A stretch of 64,000 nt of DNA. It comes from Nitrososphaerota archaeon (lineage in GTDB: Archaea; Thermoproteota; Nitrososphaeria; PSMU01). The notes under the pieces are model-generated. The model ran no database searches. It was not told where the DNA came from and saw nothing but the letters and a program-made list of their open reading frames with translations. The stretch is taken from assembly GCA_040290255.1 (NCBI GenBank), contig PSMU01000001.1:198723-262722 (forward strand), given 5' to 3'. Within the stretch, counting starts at the first letter, position 1; the number at the start of each line of letters is the position of its first letter. Made by a program: the position numbers and the translations under genes. Positions 55,974 through 64,000 of this stretch are shown here, piece after piece.

Positions 55974-56843
55974 ATGGCTGATGCTGAGCTTGGGCTGATG
56001 GCCGTCGGCGAGCTGGCGACCCGCGCGGCCGACCGGCTGGGAAGCGATTCATACCCGGTCATGAGGGGGCTGCCCCAGCTGAGCGCCTGGGGCCAAAGCC
56101 CGGCGCAGCTGCGCCGCGGGCTTCTTTCTAGGAGGGAGGAGATAGTCCGGGGCCTTTCCGAGTTCAGGAGGGTGGTGCTGCTGGCCGACCTGAGCTCCAC
56201 GCTGGGCGCCTCGCTCACGCCCTCGCTCGTGGGCCTGCTGGAGGGCAGGCTCAGGGGGGCGTGGGTGGTGCTGCCGGGGCCCCGGGAGGGGATGAGGACC
56301 TTCCTGGCCGGCACGGCCTTGGGCCGGCTGCTGGCCCAGGGCGCGCCCATCCTCGTGACGGAGAGGGCGAACCTGATGGACGGCTTCTGGTCCTCCCCGG
56401 CGGAGGTTGCCCTGGAGCACCTGACGGCCCGCATGGCACACATCGTCAAGGAGGTGTCGCTGCCCTACCTGATGGCCCAGCAGCGCGGCACCTTCCTGAT
56501 GGTAGTAGGCTCCTCCCAGGAGCCCGAGGAGGCCCTGGCGAACTTGGCGCTGAAGGTGCAGGGCTCGGCGAGCTCGGGCGCGGAGGGCATCGTGCTGGCC
56601 CCCGGCGATAAATCGCTGGCCGCGCTGGAGGCGCTCGTGCAGGAGGCCCAGGCGGTGCTTAGGGTTTCGCTGAGCTATAAGCTGGCCAAGCTCGAGGAGA
56701 CGATCGCGGTGCTCGTCTGTCCGCTGGAGGCCCAGGCGGTGCTTAGGACCTATGACCCCCTGAGCGGGCTGAAGCAGCTGGACGATGAGCCCAGCGTGGC
56801 GTTACCGGAGGAGGCGGAGCTGGGGCTCCCCTATGTTCCCTAG
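55974..56843 (+). CDS. hypothetical protein; possible highly degenerate FtsZ/tubulin-fold protein
   Basis: 289 aa; segment order resembles FtsZ by eye (LGLMAVGELATRAADRLG ... VVLLADLSSTLGASLTP ... GTFLMVVGSSQ) but the GGGTG(S/T)G GTP loop is absent; promoter ccttataagcc ~35 nt upstream. Confidence 0.5.
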   Translation: MADAELGLMAVGELATRAADRLGSDSYPVMRGLPQLSAWGQSPAQLRRGLLSRREEIVRGLSEFRRVVLLADLSSTLGASLTPSLVGLLEGRLRGAWVVLPGPREGMRTFLAGTALGRLLAQGAPILVTERANLMDGFWSSPAEVALEHLTARMAHIVKEVSLPYLMAQQRGTFLMVVGSSQEPEEALANLALKVQGSASSGAEGIVLAPGDKSLAALEALVQEAQAVLRVSLSYKLAKLEETIAVLVCPLEAQAVLRTYDPLSGLKQLDDEPSVALPEEAELGLPYVP

Positions 56844-58480
56844 CCCAGCTTGGCCTTAAGCCCCTCTATCTCGTCGCGCTCTATCCTTCTAAATAGCGGA
56901 TAGGCCTCGGCTATCCTGTGGCCCGGCGGGATAAGGGGCGAAGAGGCGCTCTCCCAGGGGCCCTTGCCCACTTCGCCTTTAAGCCCCAAGAGGCGCCAGA
57001 GCCGCTCGGCGGAGGAGGGAATGAAGGGATACAGCAGGATGGCCAGGCTCCTGAGCGTGTTCGCTCCCACCCACAGCGCGGCCCGGTAGCCCTCGCGCCT
57101 GGCCCAGGGCGCCTTGGCCTGCAGGTAGGCGTTGCAGAACCTCGAGAAGTCCATCGCCTCCCTGAGCGCGGCATCGAACCTCCCCTCCTGAAGCCTTTCG
57201 CCGCAGGCCCGGCACGCCTGCGCCATGCGCTTCAGCGCCCCCTCATCCTCCTGCGATAAGGTCCCGGGCTCGGGCACCCCGCCGCCCTCGCGGCGCAGCA
57301 GCGTCAGCACCCTATACGCGTAGTTGCCGAAGTTATCCACGAGTTCGGAATTTATCTTCTCCCTGAAGTCGTCCCAGTCGAAGTTCACGTCGGCCTGCGA
57401 GAGGGGCGTTATATAGGCCAGGTAAAAGCGCAGGTAGTCGGCCGGGAAGGCGGCCAAGAAGTCCCTGAGCGAAATATACCACCTCCTGCTCTTGGAGATC
57501 TTCTTGCCCTGAAGCAATAGGTGCCCCCTGGTGGGAATGTAATCGGGAAGCTTGAACCTCCCGTCGGCCAGCCTCATGGCGGGCAGGAAGAGATAATGAT
57601 GGTACACGATGTCCTTTCCTATAAAGTGGTAGATGGTGGCCTCGTTCCACTTCCTCTCCCCCTCATGCCCCAGCAGGAGGAGCGCGGCGCTGATGTAGCA
57701 GAGATGGTTGTCGAACCAGCCGTAGAGCACCTGCCCCTCCGCCTCTTCGAGCGGTATGGGCACGCCCCAGCTTATGTCCCTCGTTATGTCCCAATCGGCC
57801 AGCCCTTCCTCTATCCACCTCATGACGTAGTTAACCACGTCCTCCTGCAGGCGCCCGTTGCCCCTCAGCCACTCCCTTAACCGGTCCGAGAAGGCCGAGA
57901 GCCTGAAGAAATAGTGGGGCACGCTCCTGAGCGAGGGAGGACGCCCGCAGAGCGCGCAGGCCCTATCCCTGAGCTCCGAGGGCGAGTATGTGCGGCCGCA
58001 GACCTCACAATAATCTCCGTACTGGTCCCTTGCCCCGCAAAAGGGGCAGGTGCCCCTTAGGTAGCGGTCGGGCAGGAACTTCTTATCATGCTCGCAATAG
58101 TACTGCTGTACTTCCCTCCTGTAGATGTATCCTGCCCTATAGAGGCGCAGGAAGAACTCCTGGACGAACGCGACGTTCTCGGGGCTGCTGGTCTGGTGAA
58201 AGATATCGAACTTTATGCCCACGGCTTCAAAGTCCTCCAGGTCCCTCTTCCACCACCCGCGCACGAACTCCTGAGGGCTCTTGCCCTCGCGCTCCGCCTG
58301 GATGAGGATGGGCGTGCCGAAGTCATCGGTGGCACAGATGAAGTACGTCTCGACACCCTTGAGCCTCAGGAACCGGACGAAGATATCAGGGGGAAGGTAG
58401 GTGGAGGCCAGGTGGCCCAGGTGGATCTCGCCGTTGGCATAGGGAAGGGCCGCCGTAACGATGACCCTGCTGAGCGCGCA
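56840..58480 (-). CDS. metG: methionyl-tRNA synthetase (start codon unresolved)
   Basis: Track ORF starts at GTG 58264, but the frame is open 72 codons further upstream encoding VTAALPYANGEIHLGHL (HIGH motif) with no ATG/GTG/TTG in frame; a GGAGGTGATG site lies 1 nt out of frame at 58481. Confidence 0.8.
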   Translation of the reverse strand, partial: CALSRVIVTAALPYANGEIHLGHLASTYLPPDIFVRFLRLKGVETYFICATDDFGTPILIQAEREGKSPQEFVRGWWKRDLEDFEAVGIKFDIFHQTSSPENVAFVQEFFLRLYRAGYIYRREVQQYYCEHDKKFLPDRYLRGTCPFCGARDQYGDYCEVCGRTYSPSELRDRACALCGRPPSLRSVPHYFFRLSAFSDRLREWLRGNGRLQEDVVNYVMRWIEEGLADWDITRDISWGVPIPLEEAEGQVLYGWFDNHLCYISAALLLLGHEGERKWNEATIYHFIGKDIVYHHYLFLPAMRLADGRFKLPDYIPTRGHLLLQGKKISKSRRWYISLRDFLAAFPADYLRFYLAYITPLSQADVNFDWDDFREKINSELVDNFGNYAYRVLTLLRREGGGVPEPGTLSQEDEGALKRMAQACRACGERLQEGRFDAALREAMDFSRFCNAYLQAKAPWARREGYRAALWVGANTLRSLAILLYPFIPSSAERLWRLLGLKGEVGKGPWESASSPLIPPGHRIAEAYPLFRRIERDEIEGLKAKLG

Positions 58481-58489
58481 TCACCTCCC

Positions 58490-59728
58490 TCATAGGGCCC
58501 AGCTCTCCGCATATTTAACCTGCTCCTCGGTGAGCGCGTCGAGCGCTATGCCGTAGGCCCCGAGCGTGGCCCTGGCCACCTCCTCATCCACCTCCTGAGG
58601 CACGGGCACGAGCCTCTTCTCAAGCCTTGGCGCTTCGTTGGCCAAGTACAGCAGCGAGAGCAGCTGGTTGGAGAAGCTCATCATCATCACCTCGGGGGGA
58701 TGGCCCTCCGCGCAGACCAGGTTCACCACCCTTCCCTCGGCCAGGAGATACAGGCGCCGGCCGTCGGGCAACTCGTACTCCGTGACGTTGGGCCTGACTT
58801 CCCGGCTCGCCCTGGCCATCCTCTTCAGCGCCCCGACGTTCACCTCCACGTCGAAGTGGCCCGCGTTGGCCAGCACGGCGCCGTCCTTCATGTTCAGCAG
58901 GTGGGGCTCATCGATGACGTTGATCTGGCCAGTGCAGGTGATGAAGAGGTCTCCCAGGGGCGCCGCCTGGCGCATGCTCATGACCTCATAGCCCTGGAGG
59001 AGGGCCTCGAGGGCCCTGATCGGGTTCACCTCGGTGACCACCACGCGGGCCCCCAGGCCCCTCGCCCTCGCGGCAACGCCCCTGCCCACCCACCCATAGC
59101 CCGCCACGACGACGACCTTTCCGGCCAGCAGCAGGCTCGTGGCCCTTAGGATGCCGTCGAGCGTGCTCTGCCCCGTGCCATATCGGTTGTCGAAGAGGAA
59201 CTTGGTGCTCGCGTTGTTCACGGCTATGATGGGATAAGCGAGCCCCCGCTGCCTCTCAAGGGCCCTGAGCCGAAGCACGCCGGTGGTCGTCTCCTCGGTG
59301 CCCCCCTCGATCCTCGCAGCATACCCCTCGCTGTGGGCCATGACGTGCGCATCCGCGCCATCGTCCACCTGCAGGCTCGGCCCCGCCCTCAGCACATTTC
59401 TTATGCAGGCCTTATACTGCTCGGTACTCTGCCCCCTCCAGGCCCAGACCTCGACCCCCTCGCTCAGGAGGTAGGCGGCGATGTCGTCCTGGGTCGAGAG
59501 AGGGTTCGCGCCCGCCAGGTAGACTTCGGCGCCGAGCTGCTGCAGGCCCTTGACGAACACGGCCGTCTCCTTGGTCACGTGCAGGCAGACGCCCACCTTT
59601 TTTCCCTTGAGGGGGGCCTTGGGCCTCTGGTCCTCTATTATGCGCGTGAGCGTGGGCATGTGGCGCCAGGCCCAGCTGAAGTTAATGGCCCCCCTGGGCG
59701 CCAGCGACTCATCGGCTACCCTCTTCAA
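58490..59728 (-). CDS. ahcY: adenosylhomocysteinase
   Basis: AhcY pattern (NAD site VVVVAGYGWVGRGVA); likely TTG start at 59728 (LKRVADESLA), as the first 30 aa of the track ORF are Ser/Trp/Arg-rich and overlap mtaD. Confidence 0.9.
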   Translation of the reverse strand: MKRVADESLAPRGAINFSWAWRHMPTLTRIIEDQRPKAPLKGKKVGVCLHVTKETAVFVKGLQQLGAEVYLAGANPLSTQDDIAAYLLSEGVEVWAWRGQSTEQYKACIRNVLRAGPSLQVDDGADAHVMAHSEGYAARIEGGTEETTTGVLRLRALERQRGLAYPIIAVNNASTKFLFDNRYGTGQSTLDGILRATSLLLAGKVVVVAGYGWVGRGVAARARGLGARVVVTEVNPIRALEALLQGYEVMSMRQAAPLGDLFITCTGQINVIDEPHLLNMKDGAVLANAGHFDVEVNVGALKRMARASREVRPNVTEYELPDGRRLYLLAEGRVVNLVCAEGHPPEVMMMSFSNQLLSLLYLANEAPRLEKRLVPVPQEVDEEVARATLGAYGIALDALTEEQVKYAESWAL

Positions 59729-61076
59729 CGTTCGCGCCGGCCCGCTGCAGTAAATTAAGCTTAGCCTCCTCGACCTGGGCCAGGAGCTCCTCCAGGTCGA
59801 CCAAGACGGGCCTCCCATTCTCCACGACGAGTCTGCCCTGCACCCACACGTGGCTGACGTTGCTGGGCCTCGCGGAATAGACCAGCGCGTAGACGGGGTC
59901 GTAGACCGGGAAGGTGTTGTGCCTCCTCAGGTTAAAGAGCACGAGGTCGGCCAGGTAGCCCTTCGCTATCCTCCCGAGCCTCTCGCCCAGGCCCAGGGCC
60001 TTCGCCCCGTTCTCCGTGGCCAGCCTGAGCGAAGTATAGGCATCAAGCGCCGTCGGGTCGCCCGAGGCCACCTTCTGAAGCAGCGAAGCGACCTTGACCG
60101 TCTCCAGCATGTCCAGCGTGTTGTTCGAGGCGGGGCCGTCGGTGCCCAGCCCCACGTTGACGCCTTTCCTGAGGAACATGGCCAGCGGCGCAATGCCCAT
60201 CGCGAGCTTCATGTTGGCGATGGGATTTGAGGCTATCGAGGCCGAGGCCCGGGCGAAGTGCTCGGCGTCCTGCTCGCTGATATGAATGCAGTGGGCCGCG
60301 ATCAGGTCGGGGCCCAGCAGGCCGGCGGCCCTTAGGTACTGCGCGAAGCCGCCGCTCAGGTCCACGCCGTACTTCTTCCGCACCTCCTCCGCCTCCCTGG
60401 GCTCCTCGGCCAGGTGAATGCTCAGCTTCACGGGCCCCCTTTCGCCATACCTCTCCTTCAGCTCGGCGTGCAGCTCCGCGCTTCTCCTGAGCAGCCGAGG
60501 GGAGACGCTATAGGGCGCATGGGGACCCACGCAGGCGAAGATCCTGCCCTCCCTCCCATGCCAGCTCGAGAAGAGGCGCTCCGTCTTGCGGAGCCCCTCC
60601 TGCTCGGTCCAGTCAAAGTAGCCGTGAGCTATGAAGGCCCTCAGCCCGGCCTGAAAGCAGGCGGCGGCTTCGTTGAGCTCCTCGCTCTCATAGAAGTACA
60701 TGCTGAGCGCGCAGGTCGTGCCCGAAAGCAGGGCCTCGACGGCCGCCAGCTTTGCGCCCAGATAGATATCCCTGGGCGTGAGCTTTGCTTCGAGCGGCCA
60801 GACCCTCTTCTGCAGCCAATCCATCAGGGGCAGGTCCTCGGCGTAGCCCCTCAACAGGGCCATGGCCAGGTGCGTGTGAAGATTTATGAAGCCGGGCAGG
60901 AGGAGCCCGCCCCTTCCTTCTAGGCGCTCATAACGAGGATACCTGGGGCCCAGTTCATCGTAGGGCCCCACGTCCGCTATCTCGCCCCCCTCGACCACGA
61001 CCGCGCCGTCCCTGAGCACGCGGCCCGTGAAGACATAATCGGCCCTGATGAGGTAGGCCTGCTCGCCCCGCGCCAT
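59709..61076 (-). CDS. mtaD: 5'-methylthioadenosine/S-adenosylhomocysteine deaminase (amidohydrolase family)
   Basis: Amidohydrolase metal-binding motifs (GFINLHTHLAMALLRG, HCIH, GLGTDG); start ATG 61076. Confidence 0.85.
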   Translation of the reverse strand: MARGEQAYLIRADYVFTGRVLRDGAVVVEGGEIADVGPYDELGPRYPRYERLEGRGGLLLPGFINLHTHLAMALLRGYAEDLPLMDWLQKRVWPLEAKLTPRDIYLGAKLAAVEALLSGTTCALSMYFYESEELNEAAACFQAGLRAFIAHGYFDWTEQEGLRKTERLFSSWHGREGRIFACVGPHAPYSVSPRLLRRSAELHAELKERYGERGPVKLSIHLAEEPREAEEVRKKYGVDLSGGFAQYLRAAGLLGPDLIAAHCIHISEQDAEHFARASASIASNPIANMKLAMGIAPLAMFLRKGVNVGLGTDGPASNNTLDMLETVKVASLLQKVASGDPTALDAYTSLRLATENGAKALGLGERLGRIAKGYLADLVLFNLRRHNTFPVYDPVYALVYSARPSNVSHVWVQGRLVVENGRPVLVDLEELLAQVEEAKLNLLQRAGANVEEGSR

Positions 61077-61129
61077 GGCGCGAAGGGGCAATGTTAAATA
61101 ATAATGTTATTCGCCCGCAGCCCAAGGGC
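61077..61129. promoter_or_regulatory. bidirectional promoter with repeated AATGTTA elements
   Basis: caatgttaaataataatgttattcg between mtaD and aIF2-beta; the track ATG at 61091 lies inside it. Confidence 0.35.
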
Positions 61130-61543
61130 ATGGAGCTTACGTACGAGGCGCTGCTCGACCGCCTCTATGGCCGACTCGAGAAGCTGGGGATCAAGCCCGT
61201 CAAGAGCCGCCTGGAGGCGCCGCCGCCGCAGGTGATCAATATGGGCAACAGGACGGTGCTGCGGAACTTCCTTGAATACGCCAGGCTCTTCAGGAGGGAG
61301 CCGGCCGAGCTGCTGGGCTACCTCAGCAGGGCCCTGGCCACCTCGGCGCACCTAGATGGGGAGAGGGCCATCTTCAAGGGCAACAAGGATGCGGCCGCCG
61401 TGCAGGCCGCGATCGCCAAGTATCAGAGGGAGTATGTGAACTGCCCGGTCTGCGGCTCGCCGGATACCAGGCTGGAGAAGGTGAAGAAGGTGCTCTACCT
61501 GGTCTGCGAGGCCTGCGGCGCCAGGTCGCCGCGAGGGGCATGA
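61130..61543 (+). CDS. eif2b: translation initiation factor 2 subunit beta (aIF2-beta)
   Basis: C-terminal zinc ribbon VNCPVCGSPDTRL ... LVCEACGA and aIF2-beta helical domain. Confidence 0.85.
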   Translation: MELTYEALLDRLYGRLEKLGIKPVKSRLEAPPPQVINMGNRTVLRNFLEYARLFRREPAELLGYLSRALATSAHLDGERAIFKGNKDAAAVQAAIAKYQREYVNCPVCGSPDTRLEKVKKVLYLVCEACGARSPRGA

Positions 61544-61848
61544 GCGGGGACAGGCGCTTCGCGAGCAGGGCCCTCAGGGCCCAGGGCAGGTTCTTGGTGA
61601 GCATCTGCGATGCCGAGCTGCTGGGCACCACGCTCAGGGGAGATGGCGTGGAGATAAGGATAGACCAGGCCCGGTACGGCGGGGGGCTCATCGATGAGCG
61701 ATACGCGCTGCAGCTGGTCAGGAGCGGCGACATAATCGACCTGGTGGGGCGCCGCATCGTGCAGCTGGCGCTCGACAACGGCCTCGGCCATCCCGATGGC
61801 GTAAAGCTCGTGGGCGATGTGCCCTTCCTCTTCATCTACAGGCTTTAG
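61540..61848 (+). CDS. DUF424-like conserved archaeal protein
   Basis: VSICDAELLGTTLRGDGVEIRID ... LVGDVPFLFIY fits the DUF424 pattern as I recall it. Confidence 0.5.
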   Translation: MSGDRRFASRALRAQGRFLVSICDAELLGTTLRGDGVEIRIDQARYGGGLIDERYALQLVRSGDIIDLVGRRIVQLALDNGLGHPDGVKLVGDVPFLFIYRL

Positions 61849-61889
61849 GCTCCGGTAGGTTTATCTAAGGCTTAGCGAAATTCAGTCGC

Positions 61890-62198
61890 ATGGGAAAGCG
61901 AAAGGTGCTGAGCGAGGAGGAGCTAAAGGAGCTCGTGCTCCCCGGGCAGGGGGAGATGCTGGGGAGGGTGATCAGGCTGCTGGGAGGGGATAATATACTG
62001 GTGCGGTGCGTGGACGGGAAGGAGAGGCTGGCCAGGATCAGGGGCAAGCTGAAGAAGAGGATATGGGTGCGGGACGGCGACGTGGTGCTGGTGGCGCCTT
62101 GGGACTTCAAGGACGATAGGGCGGACGTGCTGTGGCGCTATACGGTGGCCCAGGTGGACTGGCTCCGGGCCAACGGCTACCTGCCCCCCGACCTGTAG
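61890..62198 (+). CDS. eif1a: translation initiation factor 1A (aIF1A)
   Basis: S1-like OB fold sequence (GEMLGRVIRLLGGDNILVRCVDGKERLARIRGKLKKRIWVRDGDVVLV). Confidence 0.9.
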   Translation: MGKRKVLSEEELKELVLPGQGEMLGRVIRLLGGDNILVRCVDGKERLARIRGKLKKRIWVRDGDVVLVAPWDFKDDRADVLWRYTVAQVDWLRANGYLPPDL

Positions 62199-62200
62199 GC

Positions 62201-62995
62201 TTGCCCGGCCGAGAAGAGGAGTTCGACGAGGCCAGGCTGAAAAAGGCACTGGAGGCGCTGCGCAGGCTCGAGTACAGGGATAGGTTCAGGATAAAGGGGG
62301 AGGAGCAGAGGGAGGTCTTGGAGCAGGTCTTCGATGAGAGGACGTTGATGACGCTTTATGAGCTGGCGAACAGGGGGGCCTTCAGCGTGCTGGACGGGGC
62401 CATCAGCTCGGGCAAGGAGGCCCGTGTTTACTGGGCCCGCCGGGGCGATGGCGGCGAGCTGGCCGTGAAGATCTTCGCGTATGCCGCGCTGCGCTTCAAG
62501 CACAGGCTCCCCTACATACAGGGTGACCCTCGCTTCTCTCGCTTCCCGAGGCGCTCCCACAAGTTCATAGATGTCTGGGCGAGGAAGGAGTTCGCGAACC
62601 TCAGCCAGGCCTACCAGGCGGGCGTGGCGGTGCCCAGGCCCTATGCGATAAGGCGCAACGTGCTCGTGATGCAATTCGTCGGCAGGGACGGCGTGCCCGC
62701 GCCCCGCTTTGTGGATGCCAAGCAGGAGCTCAGGGCCGCGCACTACGATGCGCTGCTGGGCGAGGTGGCAAAGCTCTACAGGAAGGCGCGGCTCGTGCAC
62801 GCCGACCTCTCGGAGTACAACGTCTTCTACTGGGAGGATGGGCCCGTGCTCTTTGACTTCGGCTCGGCCGTGGATACATCGCACCCGTCGGCGCAGGCCT
62901 TCCTGGCCAGGGACCTTATCAACGTCAACCGCTTCTTCTCCGAGCTGGGCGTGCCCGTGCTGCCGCTGGAGGAGCTGCTGAAGAGGGTGATGTAG
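62201..62995 (+). CDS. rio1: RIO-type serine/threonine kinase (Rio1-like)
   Basis: ATP-binding Lys region (GKEARVYWA ... LAVKIF), catalytic LVHADLSEYN, DFGSAV; start set to TTG 62201 just after the aIF1A stop. Confidence 0.85.
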   Translation: MPGREEEFDEARLKKALEALRRLEYRDRFRIKGEEQREVLEQVFDERTLMTLYELANRGAFSVLDGAISSGKEARVYWARRGDGGELAVKIFAYAALRFKHRLPYIQGDPRFSRFPRRSHKFIDVWARKEFANLSQAYQAGVAVPRPYAIRRNVLVMQFVGRDGVPAPRFVDAKQELRAAHYDALLGEVAKLYRKARLVHADLSEYNVFYWEDGPVLFDFGSAVDTSHPSAQAFLARDLINVNRFFSELGVPVLPLEELLKRVM

Positions 62996-63011
62996 GCTGC
63001 CGGCGCACTTC

Positions 63012-63575
63012 GTGAAGAACCTGAAGGTGCCCCTGGAGCGGGTGGGCGTGCTGATAGGAAGGGCGGGGGAGGTGAAGAGGAGGATAGAGGAGGCCTGCCG
63101 CGTCAAGCTGGAGGTGAACGGGGCGACGGGCGATGTCACGATAACGCTGGCGGACGATCCGGGCGAGGCGGCCCCGCTGAAGGCGGCCGAGATCGTCATG
63201 GCCATCGGCCGCGGCTTCTCCCCCGACAGGGCCTTTTCGCTGCTGGAGGAGGGCTGGGAGCTGAGGGTCGTGGACCTAATGGAGTACGCGCGCTCGAGGG
63301 AGGACCTGCCCAGGGTAAGGGCCCGCCTGATCGGCAGCCAGGGCAAGGCCAGGAGGACGATCGAGGAGCTGACGGGCACCTACGTTTCCATTTACGGCGA
63401 CACGGCCTGCGTGGTCGGCCAGCACGAGCATGCCGCCATCGCGGAGGAGGCGATAAGGAAGCTCGCCTCGGGCTCGCCCCATGCGGCCGTCTACTCCTTT
63501 CTGCAGAGGATGAGGAGGACGCTAAAGCTGGAGGAGCTGGGCCTCTGGGAAGGGAAGGTGCTTGGCCAGGGCTAG
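63012..63575 (+). CDS. KH-domain RNA-binding protein (Dim2/Pno1-like)
   Basis: Two KH-like modules (VGVLIGRAGEVKRRIEE ... LIGSQGKARRTIEELTG). Confidence 0.8.
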   Translation: MKNLKVPLERVGVLIGRAGEVKRRIEEACRVKLEVNGATGDVTITLADDPGEAAPLKAAEIVMAIGRGFSPDRAFSLLEEGWELRVVDLMEYARSREDLPRVRARLIGSQGKARRTIEELTGTYVSIYGDTACVVGQHEHAAIAEEAIRKLASGSPHAAVYSFLQRMRRTLKLEELGLWEGKVLGQG

Positions 63576-64000
63576 CCGCCAGGAGTTCAAGGAGATAAGC
63601 CCCTCCGAATTCTTCTACAGGAATAGGGAGCTCGCCGGCTTCTCCAACCCCAGCCGCTCGCTCTACTCCGCCGTCAGGGAGTTGGTCGAAAACTCCTTGG
63701 ATGCCTGCGAGCTGAACGGCATCCTGCCCAGCGTGCAGATAAGGATCGCCAGCGCGGAGCAGGACCGACTTGACCCCAGGCTTTACACGCTCACGGTCGA
63801 GGATAATGGGCCCGGCATAAGGGCCGAGCAGCTGCCCAGCGCCTTCGGCAAGGTCTTTTATGGCTCGAAGTTCGTCCTAAGGCAGAGCAGGGGCCTCTTT
63901 GGGCTGGGCGGGACGATGGCCATCCTCTATGCCCAGATCACGAGCAGCCAGCCGGCCCTCATCGCCTCCTGCACGGACGGGGAAACGGGCATTAGGGTCA
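63562..64000 (+). CDS. top6B: DNA topoisomerase VI subunit B (partial; continues past window end)
   Basis: Manual translation QEFKEISPSEFFYRNRELAGFSNPSRSLYSAVRELVENSLDACE ... EDNGPGI ... QSRGLFGLGGTMAILYAQ (GHKL ATPase Bergerat fold); probable TTG start at 63562; not in ORF track because there is no stop in window. Confidence 0.85.
   Translation, partial: MARASRQEFKEISPSEFFYRNRELAGFSNPSRSLYSAVRELVENSLDACELNGILPSVQIRIASAEQDRLDPRLYTLTVEDNGPGIRAEQLPSAFGKVFYGSKFVLRQSRGLFGLGGTMAILYAQITSSQPALIASCTDGETGIRV

Noticed and set aside
61091-61129. Track ATG at 61091 as the aIF2-beta start
   Set aside because: Lies inside the AT-rich bidirectional promoter; ATG 61130 gives a conventional N-terminus.
1-64000. 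CRISPR arrays, rRNA genes, transposases/integrases or prophage genes
   Set aside because: No direct-repeat arrays and no transposase, integrase or phage-like ORFs were seen; the tRNA genes are flanked by housekeeping genes rather than integrase-bounded islands.

Overview
This 64 kb window is a high-GC (roughly two-thirds G+C by eye), gene-dense archaeal chromosomal segment with about 75 protein genes and 4 tRNA genes; no rRNA, CRISPR array or mobile element was found. The archaeal assignment rests on TFE, aIF2-beta, aIF1A, Rio1, Kae1/Bud32/Pcc1, S3Ae, a PAC2 chaperone and Topo VI-B; three of the four tRNAs carry insertions at non-canonical positions, which fits a Thermoproteales-like crenarchaeon (inference). 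Content in order: a truncated Mo-oxidoreductase, a hydantoinase/oxoprolinase-type hyuAB pair with an M20 amidohydrolase, a ~1000 aa surface protein, a complete pstSCAB-phoU operon with a divergent AbrB-PhoU regulator, an SBP-less ABC transporter, gcvTH and (30 kb away) gcvPAB, thiamine/PLP genes, lysS, a KEOPS-ribosomal cluster, a complex-I-like nuo cluster with ctaB and bcp, an mtaD-ahcY-metG operon and a translation-factor/ribosome-biogenesis block ending in a partial Topo VI-B gene. Most of it is housekeeping. The observations most worth a second look are the intron-containing tRNAs, the metG start-codon anomaly, the nuo cluster lacking nuoD with a fourth degenerate antiporter-like subunit, a possible degenerate FtsZ-like protein, and an apparent gene-decay junction at the hyuB 3' end. 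All calls come from reading the ORF translations and motifs by eye; no database search was run, and start codons are often GTG/TTG and uncertain.
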